Shown here: positions 12,901-25,068 of the stretch, piece by piece
Position numbering within the stretch: the stretch's first letter is position 1
Layout of the letters: every line of letters begins with the position of its first letter
Source: Hydrurus foetidus
Taxonomy: Eukaryota
Assembly (NCBI GenBank): GCA_900617105.1
Contig: UYFQ01000710.1
Location: 124,001 to 162,312 of the forward strand
Direction of reading: 5' to 3'
Length of the DNA stretch: 38,312 nucleotides
Translations under genes and position numbers: made by a program
The notes under the pieces: generated by a model
Told to the model about the DNA's origin: nothing
What the model saw: the letters and a program-made list of their open reading frames with translations, nothing else
Databases searched by the model: none

Positions 12901-15462
12901 CTTCTTGAGTGGCGTCAAGTCATGGAGAGCAACCGTTATCTGTACGTCACTCGCTGTAGACTGGTAATCAGAAAACTCTGTGCGAACGTACGTACTTCTA
13001 GGAGAGAGAACAAACGTAAGTACGTTGCAGAACAATCAATCAGAACATCAGATGCACCTACTTTCATCACCACTTCAGAATCGGAAAAGAGAAGAAATCG
13101 GAACACTAGTGTGTCAGCGAATACAGTCTATCAGAATAGAAGAAGAAAATATGTTCTCAATTCCTGGAGACAATGGAGGAAGGTTCTCAAACTTTATTTG
13201 CATGTTTCCCATAGGAATAAGAATGTTCTTTCACTCAATGATGAAGTACGTCATGAAAAAGAAAAAGAATATGAATCAGTACGTACTTCTTCAGAATGGA
13301 ATACGTACGTACTTCGACCTTTCTCAAGCGCAACTACAGAATCGGAGAAAAAAAAAACGGATGAGAATTCCGTCAAAGGTGCTAACAATTTTTACGTAAA
13401 CTTGAATCGAAAATTGCCAATAAGAAGTTTCAATAGTGATCATAGGAATGTTCCTAGGAAGAATGTTCCTCAGAAGAGTATTGCGGAACATTCTGTGGGT
13501 GTCGTTAGGAGTAGCATTCAGTCTAGGATATTGGCACTTCAAAACATCAGTTATTTAGAAAATGATGAAGAAGAAGAAGAAGAAGATGATGTGCGTGAAA
13601 ATAGAAATAAAAATGAAAAAAGAAGAGTTCATGGTGAGAGGAAAATAAAAATAATTTTTGATTCAATCCTCAGTGCTTCAAATCGAATAAAAAAGAAAGT
13701 CAGCAAAATACTCCAAATGTGGCACACACGTACTGTACGTGCGAGCAATCTTCGGAATTCTGAGAATTCTGTTAGGAGACTTTTGATCAGAAGAAAGTTG
13801 ATGACGTCATTCTCTTCCATCGCCACAGCTTGGATAAGAGCAGCAATAAATAGTATTTCATTCATGCAAAAGCAACAACTTCAAGCTGCTAGTGCGTACG
13901 AGAATGTTCCGAAGAATGCTCCGATGGACATCAATGGCGTACGCACTGACGGAACGGACATGGGACATGTCAATCGATCCATGTAAGTCACTCACCTCAC
14001 AGAGTATGCAGATCAAGGCTCCTCGTTTATTCCAGGTCCACGTTTAATCTGGACCCACCCCTATACACGACAATTAACTGACCGTACTGAAAACTGAAAA
14101 CAGTACGGTCAGTTAATTGTCGTGTATAGGGGTGGGTTGAGATTAAACGTGGGCCTGGAATAAACGAGGAGCCTTGAGATGTCAGATGTGCACTGTACGT
14201 TCTTAGAGTATATGGTCATTTATTGCATCATAACTATTCCCCACTATCACATCACCACTAGTGCATGCGCGTACTTACGCTTCATGACTATCGCACGTAC
14301 TTCTTAGGAACGTTCCCCTCAAGCAGCAAGTGGCGAATATGACTCTCAAACAAGAACACCTCAGTCTGGAAATAGACGAAGGAGCCGTAAAGTTACTGGA
14401 TATTTTAACGGAATGCGAAGAAACGGCCAAGAGTTTACAGGACTGTCACGCCTCACTACACGCACTCAACAAAGAGGGTGTCTCTCTAGCCACTGAATGT
14501 GCCAAACTTAGGTCGGAATCAGAAGCAATTTATACCGTATCCAACCGTATATCCGGTCAACCCGACCCACAGCCCTTATCCCCCGAAACTATCCGGTATA
14601 TTGACTATATGAGCAATCAGAATGGAGCACTAGATTACGGCAGTATCGTGCCTTTGCAGAATGACTCGTACTCACGGGGGCTCGCAATTGAGCAGAAAGT
14701 TATATTGATGCAACAGATGGAAGACGTCTATCACAACGCGGTTACTGCGAAATCAGCGTCAAATAAAGAAATAGAAATGTTGAAATGCGCGACTAAAAAA
14801 GCAGCACATCAATGTTCTCAGAATAAATCTGAACTATCCCATTTGGATGAGAAAATAAAGGAGTTGAAAATGAGAAGGGCGCAACCTGAAATAGCATTAA
14901 AGACCTACACGGATTCTACCTCTATACACGACATACAGCAACGATGGATGGCAACAGTAGATCATCAAGAAGTGTCTCTGCGAGACATTGAAGAGGAGAG
15001 AAGTCATCTTGTTATTTTGATGAGAGATGCATTGAAAAATGAAGAGAGTCTTACAGCTGAAATTGATGCACTGAGAAATGAACTGCTGGAATATCATACA
15101 AAGAAAATCAAGGTGACATAAACTCATATAATTATGCTATATAATCAACCTCTCCTATTCTATATTTTTATCATATGTAGTAGTCTATTATATTTTGTGT
15201 TGCAGTATTCATATTTATATTTAGTCTAATATGTATGATATGTCATATAACACACGAAATCCCCATCACTGATTTTAACATCATTTATGTTTATATTCGA
15301 CATTTCCAAACCCAGTCTGATACCCGTCAAAGCACAACTACAGCTCTAAAGGGGGTAGACCTCAGGGGGGTCACTCTGGGTAGCCTCGCATCCGCACGTA
15401 CGCACGTACTGAACAAAATAACGGGTAGTGCGCGGAGAATTGTAAAAAATAGTACAGAATAG
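3922..15462 (+). CDS. Giant (~3,000 aa) protein: N-terminal SDS22/U2A'-type LRR + LRRcap, long Ser/Arg/Asp-rich repeat region, Sfi1-like Trp repeats, C-terminal coiled coil
   Basis: Phase-consistent exons: 3922-4565, 4661-4823, 5088-5213, 5972-~10798(?), ~10996-11295, 11606-11735, 12194-13982, 14308-15112, 15316-15462. LRRs VQTLYLSNNHITTLDGI / LRCLSVANNLI / LERLSLEGNTV with cap YRQYVISLCPNLLNLDG. Periodic F/LxxW[KR] motifs in 12214-13000. The junction near 10.8-11.06 kb is unresolved (intron or 1-nt indel). Confidence 0.75.
5296..5715. repeat. Compound pentanucleotide microsatellite (GATTT/GATAT/GATAG/AATAG) inside intron 3 of the LRR gene
   Basis: Blocks of (GATTT)n, (GATAT)n, (GATAG)n and (AATAG)n are directly visible, within the intron 5214-5971. 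Confidence 0.95.
11385..11467. repeat. (GGAAA)n purine microsatellite in an intron
   Basis: Imperfect GGAAA run inside intron 11296-11605. Confidence 0.9.
14014..14176. mobile_element. Hairpin MITE, family A copy 1 (163 bp; 76-bp arms, 11-nt loop; 4-bp TSD AGAT)
   Basis: Arms 14014-14089 and 14101-14176 (CAAGGCTCC...GGAGCCTTG) have 3 mismatches around loop AAAACTGAAAA. AGAT flanks both sides (14010-13, 14177-80). It lies in intron 13983-14307, and a homologous copy is at 22470. Confidence 0.9.
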
Positions 15463-16510
15463 TTTTTTAGGAGGGGAGTATTTGTGTAGACTGTATTTCG
15501 CATAATTGGATGATAGATCACCTATTCATGTTTACTATTTCGATGATTATATATTTTGTTCTATTTTCATATTTGTACCCAGTACTACACCATTACAATA
15601 ATAGAAAGATTCCTCGTATTGGAAGTATTCGTCATCAAACTAGAACCGTTTTAAGCCATTTTACTACTTCACTTTACAACAGGCAAGTGCTCTAATGAAG
15701 GTTATTGTAATGAGGGCAATGTACGTACTCATCAAATATGTACTTACGTAAAGAAATGTACGTGCGCCAGAAGCTGTCTCGATTTGCTCTGTCCAGTGCA
15801 GCTTTTTCATGGATTTCACCGGAGATAATCAAACGTCTCATGTTTACATTACCAATGTGATTTGATCACAGCAGAGAAGACAGTTTCTGCGTCGAATTCT
15901 TGTCTTCGATGAGGACAATTTATTTTTTATTCAGCTCAAACGGAAGGGATAAGCGATGCTATGCTTCATCCTCCATCTATCTTTTTCTTTTGTTTATCTT
16001 GTCATAGCAAGCACCTACTTGTCAACTGATCTCTACTGCTTCTGATTGATCTCAACGATTTAAATAAAATCGTGTCTCATTTCTCGAGACTGCGGTTGTG
16101 TAGAATGTCTTTTGTCCGATTACTTATTGTATGCGCATACAGAAATTTACTCTAACCGAACTTCTTGAAAGTCATCCAATGTCATGTCATCCAATGGGTG
16201 ACTGGTCAATCCACAGTTGAGTTGAGATCAATTACGATTCAACGCAGCTGGACCGAACACATCACTTCAGAAAGCATCACTGTGCAGTCCAATCTTGACG
16301 CGTGGATTACATTGCAGATCAGTCACAGCGTTGCGTGCTGTATTTGCGACTTTGAGTGATAGACTGCCTATATCATGCTGTTCTGATCGTCTTCAATCGA
16401 AACTTAGATTTGTGATCTACATTGAGATAAGCAGCAGAGCTTAGCACTTCCTGATCCTACAGAGGGAAAATACTGTTACTCCATCAAACGAGACCACCAG
16501 TTACCGTTCG

Positions 16511-19500
16511 ATGCCGTACCGACTGCTATCTCGTTGTTGCCGCATATCTTTTTTCTACTTAAGTCTCTGGTCTACTCTTGCATATCTCTGGTGTTTCATC
16601 TCAACGTATGCCTTGGTAGTTCCTCGGCAACGTAACAAATATGCTTCTGGTAGCCATTATGGAGCACCGTCAGTTGGATCTACGATGCCAAACCTGGGCA
16701 CGGCAACAGAAATTATCAGAACAGGCAGCAGTCCATTTGCGTTGGGATACTTCTCAATGTTCCGCAGTTGGAGCAGGAGACCTTCAGGGCAATCAGCAAT
16801 AATATTGCTGTCCTCTACGTCTGATTCAACATTCGAGGAGAATGACTACGAATCCAAAGAAATTAATGATGCCCTCGACAACTTACTAGGAGAGGTGCGC
16901 CACTAAACTACTCATGCCTCTAACTATCCAGTCTTCTATCAGCATTGATTAAGATGACATCATTCACTTTCATGCATTGTTACTCTTTGCTAATCACTCC
17001 ACATGTCGCGTATTTGTCTCATCTATACTCCGGAATTCTATCATCAATATTGGTTCTTTTATGTTGCCGTTGCTCTCATTTAATCAGAGAGCTGATGACG
17101 ATGCTATGCAAATAAAGTCTACTTATTTTTTGCCATTACACACTACAAACTCACGTATCAAGTGAGGTGCTTACAACGTTCTTTATCTTGGTAGGATTAC
17201 TCGAAGGAGCTTAATATAAAGGTGGAAGCTGCGATACAAGAAGAGTGGGACATAGAGGTAAAAATGTCCAAACGTGATCGTATGTTAACTTCAAAATAGT
17301 GAATTGCTTCTGTTCCTTAGCTTTTGATGATCCTCCTGATTGCTTCTTCTGCTTTCTCCTCTGAAATTTGAAATCTCTGAGAAACAATCGATGGTTCAAC
17401 TTCAACATGCAACGACACAGAAGACTTCTTTTTGATAGAGCCGCTATTCCAGTGATAGTGTCGTGCCAGACCGCAGCACTCATCAAAATGCCTCAAAGCA
17501 TTGTTTCAGCTCCGTCACACGAAGCATCACGAGACATGAAGTCTGATTGTACCAACGAGTCCGCCAGTACAAACCTCATAAAAAGTGACCGCTTTAAACC
17601 GACACGTAGTGATGTCTGACTGGTCCCATATTTGATAGCATTTTATTACAAGTGATAATTATGATATGCCAAGAGATGACTGTATAAAATGTATTCTATA
17701 GGTGGTATATACAGCGCACACCCATTACCAATTGCTATTGATACCCAACAACAACAATCTTACCTTAAGACGATACGTAATACAGAATATCAAATACCAA
17801 ACGATAATACACTATCTATATTTATATCCATACCGTACGTACACACACATTTTGTACGTTACAGCAAGGAGTGAACCCCTCCAGGGTGAAGCCCCTTCCT
17901 CTACAGGCCAATCTGGATCTGTGGACATACTCCGCGAAACTGCTCATGAACAAGGTACACAATAGAAAAGTGATGACAGTAAACAGCTCTCTTTCTCCTG
18001 TTTTCTCTTTCTCTTATCGTTTTTTCTACCACTCTTTTTCTCTTTTTTCCTTTTCCTGTGTACCTTATTTCTTGTCCCACAACTTTCATTTAAATTTTGG
18101 ATTCGCAATGACTCGTAACTACTACCAGTAGTTACGACAAGATCGTTTGAATTTTGTAAGCTGGATAATTTTCTATGACTACTTTGCCTCTTCAAGTGCG
18201 TCCCACCCTTTTTTTCCCTTTATTTCCTTCGTCCATTTTTTCTCCTCTTCCTATTTTTCTTTTCACTTCATCTTCTTCCTATTTCACTTTCTCATATCTT
18301 CCTCTCTATCATTTTCTTTTCCCCCTTTAGGGTGATTTCTCTGGTGCCGATAAGCTGTATCAGCAGTGCATAGAATACAACCCCTGTGACGGTAGAGCGT
18401 GGTTAGGCACGGCACGCATTCTGTGGAAGAGAGGGAACATACCTCTGTAAGTACTTCTCAAGTGTTATAATGTATCTATTCATACCCCACTCCATTGCAT
18501 GCCTCAATGAGGATGGTGTAGAACTTCTGTCTCTCATTCCAGTGCCCCTCTGCATTGCCAGTCTGTCATCGCACAGCTACTATTGTCCAGACTCACCTAT
18601 CATGCCCTTCCCCCCTCTCCCTACAACCCCCCTCTCCCCCTTGCGTTCTTCCCCCCGCATACACCCCATTCCCCCATAACTAGTCCAATCATGCCACACA
18701 CCACTGCACTACACCGACACTGCACCACTTCACAACAGGGCGGAGAAGGCTTACAAAGACGGACTGTACTACAACCCCAACAACCCTTACCTCCTACAGA
18801 GCTGGGCAGTGATGCTGGAAAAGATAGGAAAATCCCCAGAGGTACGTACAGAAATGCGTGACGTACTTACACCCACCCTTCACCTATTCCCCTACCTTCT
18901 CCACCTCTCCTCTGCTTTCCCCCACTTCATCTCATCTCTTCTCTTCTCTCTTAATCTTGTCCCATCAAATCCAACACCACCGCAACAATATCCCAGGCGA
19001 TGAAACTGCTCACGAAATCGGTGAAATCAAATCCGTCTCACGCGGCTTCATGGGTTGCTCTGGCACGTATGTACCAACGAACCGGACAGGTACGGTAAAT
19101 CAACTAACGGTGTATGGTAAATATATGATGGTATGCAGCCAATCAAATGATAGCATACGGTGAAATAAATGACGACGTGTTCTTCGTGCGAGCAGTAACT
19201 ATCAGTAGACGGCCATTTTATACCGTTTCCCGTTTGGTCCGGCTAGCATCAAATGGAGTATCGTCAGCTACATACCTATCTATCACACCTCATTTCCTCC
19301 GTACTCTACGCCCATTTAACTTCAACTTCAAAATGCAGGTTGATTTCGCGCGTGATTGCTACACGTCAGCGGTGGAAGGAGATCCGTACAGCTATGTCGC
19401 TCTGCAGGCTTGGGGAGTGCTCGAGGTGAGAAAGTGAGAGAGAAACAAAGAAAGAAGGAGAGAGAGAAAGAGAGAAATAGAGTGGTGGAAGGAGGGAAGG

Positions 19501-22500
19501 TGAAGAAGAAAGAATAATAAAGGGGGGGGGGAGAAAGAGACAGGGATGACGTGGAATTCTTGATGAAATCACATTGTAGAACAGAAGGAAAGAAAAGAGA
19601 AGAGAAGATATATTGTCATATCTTCCCGTTACAATTCTACCTTAACGCTGGGAACGTTCTCAATACGACTTAAAAATGAATGAATACTCTACTATGCACC
19701 ACACCCTCTAAGCTCTCAAGGTCGCACTGTTTCGTAACACTTCGATACTACAATATCTTCATAGGCGGATTGCGGCAATGTGTCAGGTGCGAGGAATCTG
19801 TTTCGGAGGGCGGAAAAGTGTTCGTCAAAAAGTGCACACACGCTGCAAGCATGGGCAACGTTAGAGAAAAGAGCTGGTCAGTTTTCTTGTATGCTGAATG
19901 ATATTGGTTATTGGAATGACTGTTATAGCGGATCGGATGTTGTGTGATTTGCATCAATTGACTCCACGCTTTCTGCGTTGATGAAAGGAGTGGTACTTGA
20001 AGCAACGCCACACATATCCTTCCCGACACATCTATATTCCCGTCACAGCCATCTCTCTTGGAACAAACACACAAGCTGACTCCTCTAGTCCTCCTTCCAC
20101 TTCTCTCTCAAAGGCAATTTAGACGAAGCGGAACGCCTTCTGAAAAAAGCCTTACACGGATTTCCAGACAGTACTAGAGTACGTCTCAGCTTTGCGGAGC
20201 TGTACGAATTGAAGGTGCGTACGTGCGTGTCATTGCTTCTTGAGGGGATGCACTGCATTGCTGGTCTAACGCCTGATTCTGTTTCCCTGCATGCATCATC
20301 TGTTATCATCATAACCGCCACCCACTCGCCGTAGTTGACACAACAAGAATGACGTACTATTATCCTTTGAATAAAGTCATTACATTACACTACTTTTCAC
20401 CCTACCTCTTTCCTTTCATCAGCGTAATCTCCCAACCTATTCTCGTGTGATTCTTTCATCCCTACTTTCCTCTAATCTCTTCACCTCAATTCTTTCCTTT
20501 TCTTTCTATCCCACCCGAAGACCTCTATCCCTCTCATCTCTCGTACTTTGCCTTCTCTCTTCTGTTCTATTCCGTTCTACAGGGGGAGCCTACTAAAGCC
20601 AGAGAGGTTTTTCAAAGGGGCGAGACTAAAGCGAAATCATTCGGAGATGCAGGATTCTTCCAAGTGAGGAACACGCTGTTATCACTATTACTCGTTTTTT
20701 TGTCATTAGCAGACATTTTGTCTCTCCACCCCATTCCCTTATTTAATCTCCCTCTATCTGAAACACACACACTCCCCCTCGTGAACTCTCCCTCTCATTC
20801 TCCTTTGACCGTCTCCACTGACATCGTCCTCATCAATGCTTACATCATTTTCTTTTCACAATTTTCTCTTGTTGCATTTCTCTTCCTCCCCTCTCTATCT
20901 CCCCCCCAAGATCTCTTCTCACTTTCCTTCAATCATGAATGACAGGCCGTGAAAGCCGTCTTTACCTATGTATATCTTAATATCATTCGGACTATCTACC
21001 ACTCCTCTTCTTACTTTTTCTACACTCTACCCTTCCGCATCGCATCGCATCACTCTCCGTTACCTCACACCTCTTGACTTACATTCTTCTTCTCTTTACC
21101 AACTTTGTTTTATTTTATTTTATTTTTTACCCCCAGTCGTGGGCTCTGTTCGAGCTGAGGCAGTATCCCGGAAGATACTCCTCCCCATCCCCGTCCTCCC
21201 CGTATACCCCCCACACTGCCACTAGTAACAGAACGGCTTCTATAGCAGCGACAGAAGCAAATGCGAGGGGCTCGTCTGAAGCTAGTAAGGTCCGTGGGTA
21301 CATCAAGATTGATCTGAATTTATCTATTATTTTTCAAGATAGCTGAGAGGAAGCGCAAGTCTCGAAATCTCTCCTAGTGTTTCATTATAAAGTACAAAAC
21401 AATCGATGAATGTCAACCAGTCTTTTCTCTCCATCTTTGAAAGTCAAAATGCCCAGCACCAACTTTTACTTTCATTTCCCCTATACTGTATTATCGTAGG
21501 AGAACATTGCATCAGAACAAGTGCACGCCATCGCCAGAAGACTGTTCAAAACGGCCGTCACAGTGAACAAGTATCACTCCGCCTCTTGGGTTGCTTGGGC
21601 GAAACACGAACAGAGAGCGGGCAATATAGGTGAGTAAGTGTGCAGCATGTCATCAGCCACAGATGACACTAACAGCTGTGGTACTGACGCACTATTTTTT
21701 GTTCTCATACAGCCGCCTTATCGCCATCTTCTTCTTACACTACATCTTTTGTGTCTTCTGCCGACAACTACAATTCCCACGCCCACTACTTCACATTATC
21801 TCTTCTTCACTTCCTCAATGTCCCTTCAGCTTACCTCACCTTATATCACTTCACACTACACTCCCCTTCTCTACTTTCTTTTCATCCCCGCAATCCACTC
21901 CCTTAGATGACGTTCGAGTATTTTTCCAGTGATATCGATGCACTGTAAATAATCGTTATCTTCCTCTTTTCTCAGTCCTTGGTATCTTGCGCTGACTTTT
22001 AACTTCCACATTCCATTCTCCAATCATCCCTACTTCAATCCTTCAATCTCCCTTCACTCTGCCCTGCCTTCCTTCTCCTCACCTCACACTTTTTTTTCTT
22101 TTCACCCACTATTCGTCTCGCTCAGATGTTGCTCGAAGACTTCTAATAGCAGGCATCGCGAACTTTCCACATTCCAAGAATATTGGATGGTTCCACGCAG
22201 CACTCGCGTCCCTGGCCAGACAAGATGGTGAGTCAGTATTTTAGATGCTAGTTAAGAGTACATTCAATTATTTTTATTTTTTTAATATTTAGAAGCTGGC
22301 TTATCATTTTCTGTTTTTGGTGAAGAGAGGATCGCTTTTTATTTCAGCAACAACAATGATAGTGATCGATAGATCACATCACCTATGTGATCTTAAATCC
22401 CTCTTGGCACTACAGCGTCCTTTCTTTTTATTCACCTCCAAACTCAAATTATTGAGACTTTAATAATCTCGAGGCTCCTCTTTCCTCGTTTATTCCAGGT

Positions 22501-25068
22501 CCACGTTTAATCTGGACCCACCCATATACACGACAATAAACTGTACCGTACTGTTTTCAGTTTCCAGTACGGTCAGTTTATTGTCGTGTATATGGGTGGG
22601 TCCAGATTAAACGTGGATCTGGAATAAACAAGGAAAGAGGAGCCTTGAGCTGGTGTACGACAGAATTATTTCGCAGTATAACAGTCAATTTGACACCAAT
22701 GTATACCGTCCCCTAACACGAAATACCCTGCCGTTACTTCTATCTTTTATTTATTCTGCATCAATATTCTTTTTCTCTTTCTCTTTTAGGTGATTTGCCC
22801 ACTGCTCGAGCTAGTTACAGCAGAGCAATCGCAGCCACCCCTCCTCAACTGTCACTACAGGTAAAGGCATGTTCTTTGTTTCATGTGTCTGTCTGACTGT
22901 CTGTATGTGTGTCTGGTATTACATGTGTTTGTCGGAGCTTCTGTCTATATGTCTCCATCCGTTTTCCGTTTGTCTGTGCACTTGTTCGACATTCTCAGTG
23001 TATCTGTTCGACTGTTTGACATTCTCAGTGTATCTGTTCGACTATACATTCTCAGTGTACCTGTTCGACTGTCGCCGCGGGAACTTGCGAGTTAACAAAT
23101 TGTTCACATGTCTACGTGATCCCTCTCCCCACTCATTTCATCACGAAATACTCTGACCACTGACCTCATTTTTCTCTTCCACAATCACTTCCTTTTCTTT
23201 CCTTTTCTTTCTCAGGTGCTGTTGGATTTCGCCAAAATGGAGGCGTATTTGGGAGACAGAGCGCAAGCTGTCAAACTGTTCGAAACGACCGTGAAGAGAT
23301 TCCCCACACACGACAGGTGAGAGAGCGGGAGAGGTAGTGAGTGAATTGTCATATTGGAAGATAGCGTGTGTTTTCAAAAGAACGTGATGTGAAGTATCTT
23401 GTGTGTGTGCTGTATGCTATGTGCGCTGCGCTGTCATTCATGCAGATGAGCTGATGACGACTTTCATGCACATGCTATCAAAAGATCAGAACTCAAGAAC
23501 CCCACTTCACATTTTACACTCCTTTTTTATGTCATCAATATCTGCTCCTTTTTTATGTCATCACTATCTGCTCCTTTTTTATGTCATCACTATCTGCTCC
23601 TTCATTAGGTCATCACTATCTGCTCCTTTTTTATGTCATCACTATCTGCTCCTTTTTTATGTCATCACTATCTGCTCCCTCATCACTATCTGCTCCTTTT
23701 TTATGTCATCACTATCTGCTCCTTTTTTATGTCATCACTATCTGCTCCTTTTTTATGTCATCACTATCTGCTCCTTCATTATGTCATCACTATCTGCTCC
23801 TTTTTTATGTCATCACTATCTGCTCCTTTTTTATGTCATCACTATCTGCTCCTTTTTTATGTCATCACTATCTGCTCCTTTTTTATGTCATCACTATCTG
23901 CTCCTTCATTATGTCATCACTATCTGCTCCTTTTTTATGTCATCACTATCTGCTTCATTATGTCATCACTATCTGCTCGTCATCACTATCTGCTCCATGT
24001 CATCACTATCCTCCTTCATTATGTCATCACTATCTGCTCCTTCATTATGTCATCACTATCTGCTCCTTTTTTATGTCATCACTATCTGCTCCTTTTTTAT
24101 GTCATCACTATCTGCTCCTTTTTTATGTCATCACTATCTGCTCCTTCATTATGTCATCACTATCTGCTCATGTCATCACTATCTGCTCCTTTTTTATGTC
24201 ATCACTATCTGCTCCTTTTTTATGTCAGCACTATCTGCTCCTTTTTTATGTCATCACTATCTGCTCCTTTTTTATGTTATCACTATCTGCTCCTTTTTTA
24301 TGTCATCACTATCTGCTCCTTTTTTATGTTATCACTATCTGCTTAACCATCTCCCTTTGCCTGCTTACGGCACCCCTACGAGAGTCACTTGATCCTCAAT
24401 TGCCGCAGTGCATGTAAACTAGACAGACCGTTTCCCACCCAAGCTATCCTCTTCTCACTCTCTCTCTTATTTCTCTAACTTCAACTTCTCCTGTTTCCTC
24501 TTTCTCACTGATTAATCTCACCTGAAATTCTCTTCTCCTCTCACCTCTTATCCCTTTAAATGAAATACTTGGATCCAGATCGTGGAATTCATACATAGAC
24601 TTTGCAGTGCAAGTGAAATCGAACGGCACCCAATGGGGGTCATGGGGAGGAACGGGGTCTGGGGTGGGGATGGGTCCAGGCTCCGCTTCGTGGGTCAAAG
24701 AACTGGAATCTAGACAGGCAAATGCTTTGAAAAAAGCGAAATTAGAGAAGAACATCAGCAACAGTAGAGAGAGGAGTGGTGACAGTGAGGGTGAGGTTGA
24801 GAAAAGTGTGGGTGGTGATGATGACGCGTCAGACATGTCCGATTTTATGGAAGTTAGAGGGAGCAGTGCGAGAAAAAACACCGGGTCTGAGTTGGATTTT
24901 GTTTCCCAGTATGAGGAGGAACTAACCGGAATCAACAGTGAGGGTAACGGCCAACTGGAGGGGGAAGGAGACGGTGAGGGAGGGGCGATAGACAGGGCCT
25001 TGAAGTTGTTAGGACTGGATGGCAGGAGGCTGAGCAGTCAAGGCAGCACTAGCACTAGCAATAGATGA
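16511..25068 (+). CDS. HAT/TPR-repeat protein, HCF107/Mbb1-like (plastid psbB/psbH mRNA maturation factor family), 16 exons, ~758 aa, probable signal + transit peptide
   Basis: Exons 16511-16894, 17195-17257, 17865-17954, 18331-18446, 18739-18841, 18997-19089, 19339-19425, 19765-19876, 20114-20214, 20583-20663, 21137-21289, 21500-21629, 22126-22227, 22790-22860, 23216-23316, 24579-25068. All introns are GT-AG and phase-consistent (2277 nt total). Motifs ANLDLWTYSAK, YQQCIEYNPCDGRAWLG, NNPYLLQSWAVMLEKIG, VALQAWGVLEADCGNVSGARNLF and HSASWVAWAKHEQRAGN match the HAT repeats of HCF107/Mbb1. Confidence 0.85.
22470..22647. mobile_element. Hairpin MITE, family A copy 2 (178 bp), opposite orientation to copy 1
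   Basis: Arms 22470-22553 and 22565-22647 surround loop TTTTCAGTTTC (near reverse complement of the copy-1 loop). Flanks ATCT/AGCT form an imperfect 4-bp TSD. It lies in intron 22228-22789. Confidence 0.9.
22983..23072. repeat. ~30-bp tandem repeat, 3 copies, intronic
   Basis: ACATTCTCAGTGTATCTGTTCGACT core repeated three times. Confidence 0.85.
23519..24343. repeat. 26-bp minisatellite (~32 units) in the last intron of the HCF107-like gene
   Basis: Unit GTCATCACTATCTGCTCCTTTTTTAT, with a variant ...CCTTCATTAT and some deleted units. It lies inside intron 23317-24578. Confidence 0.97.

Noticed and set aside
23403..24417. Three long ORFs (329, 278, 237 aa) resembling membrane proteins
   Set aside because: By-product of a 26-bp stop-free minisatellite lying in a well-supported intron.
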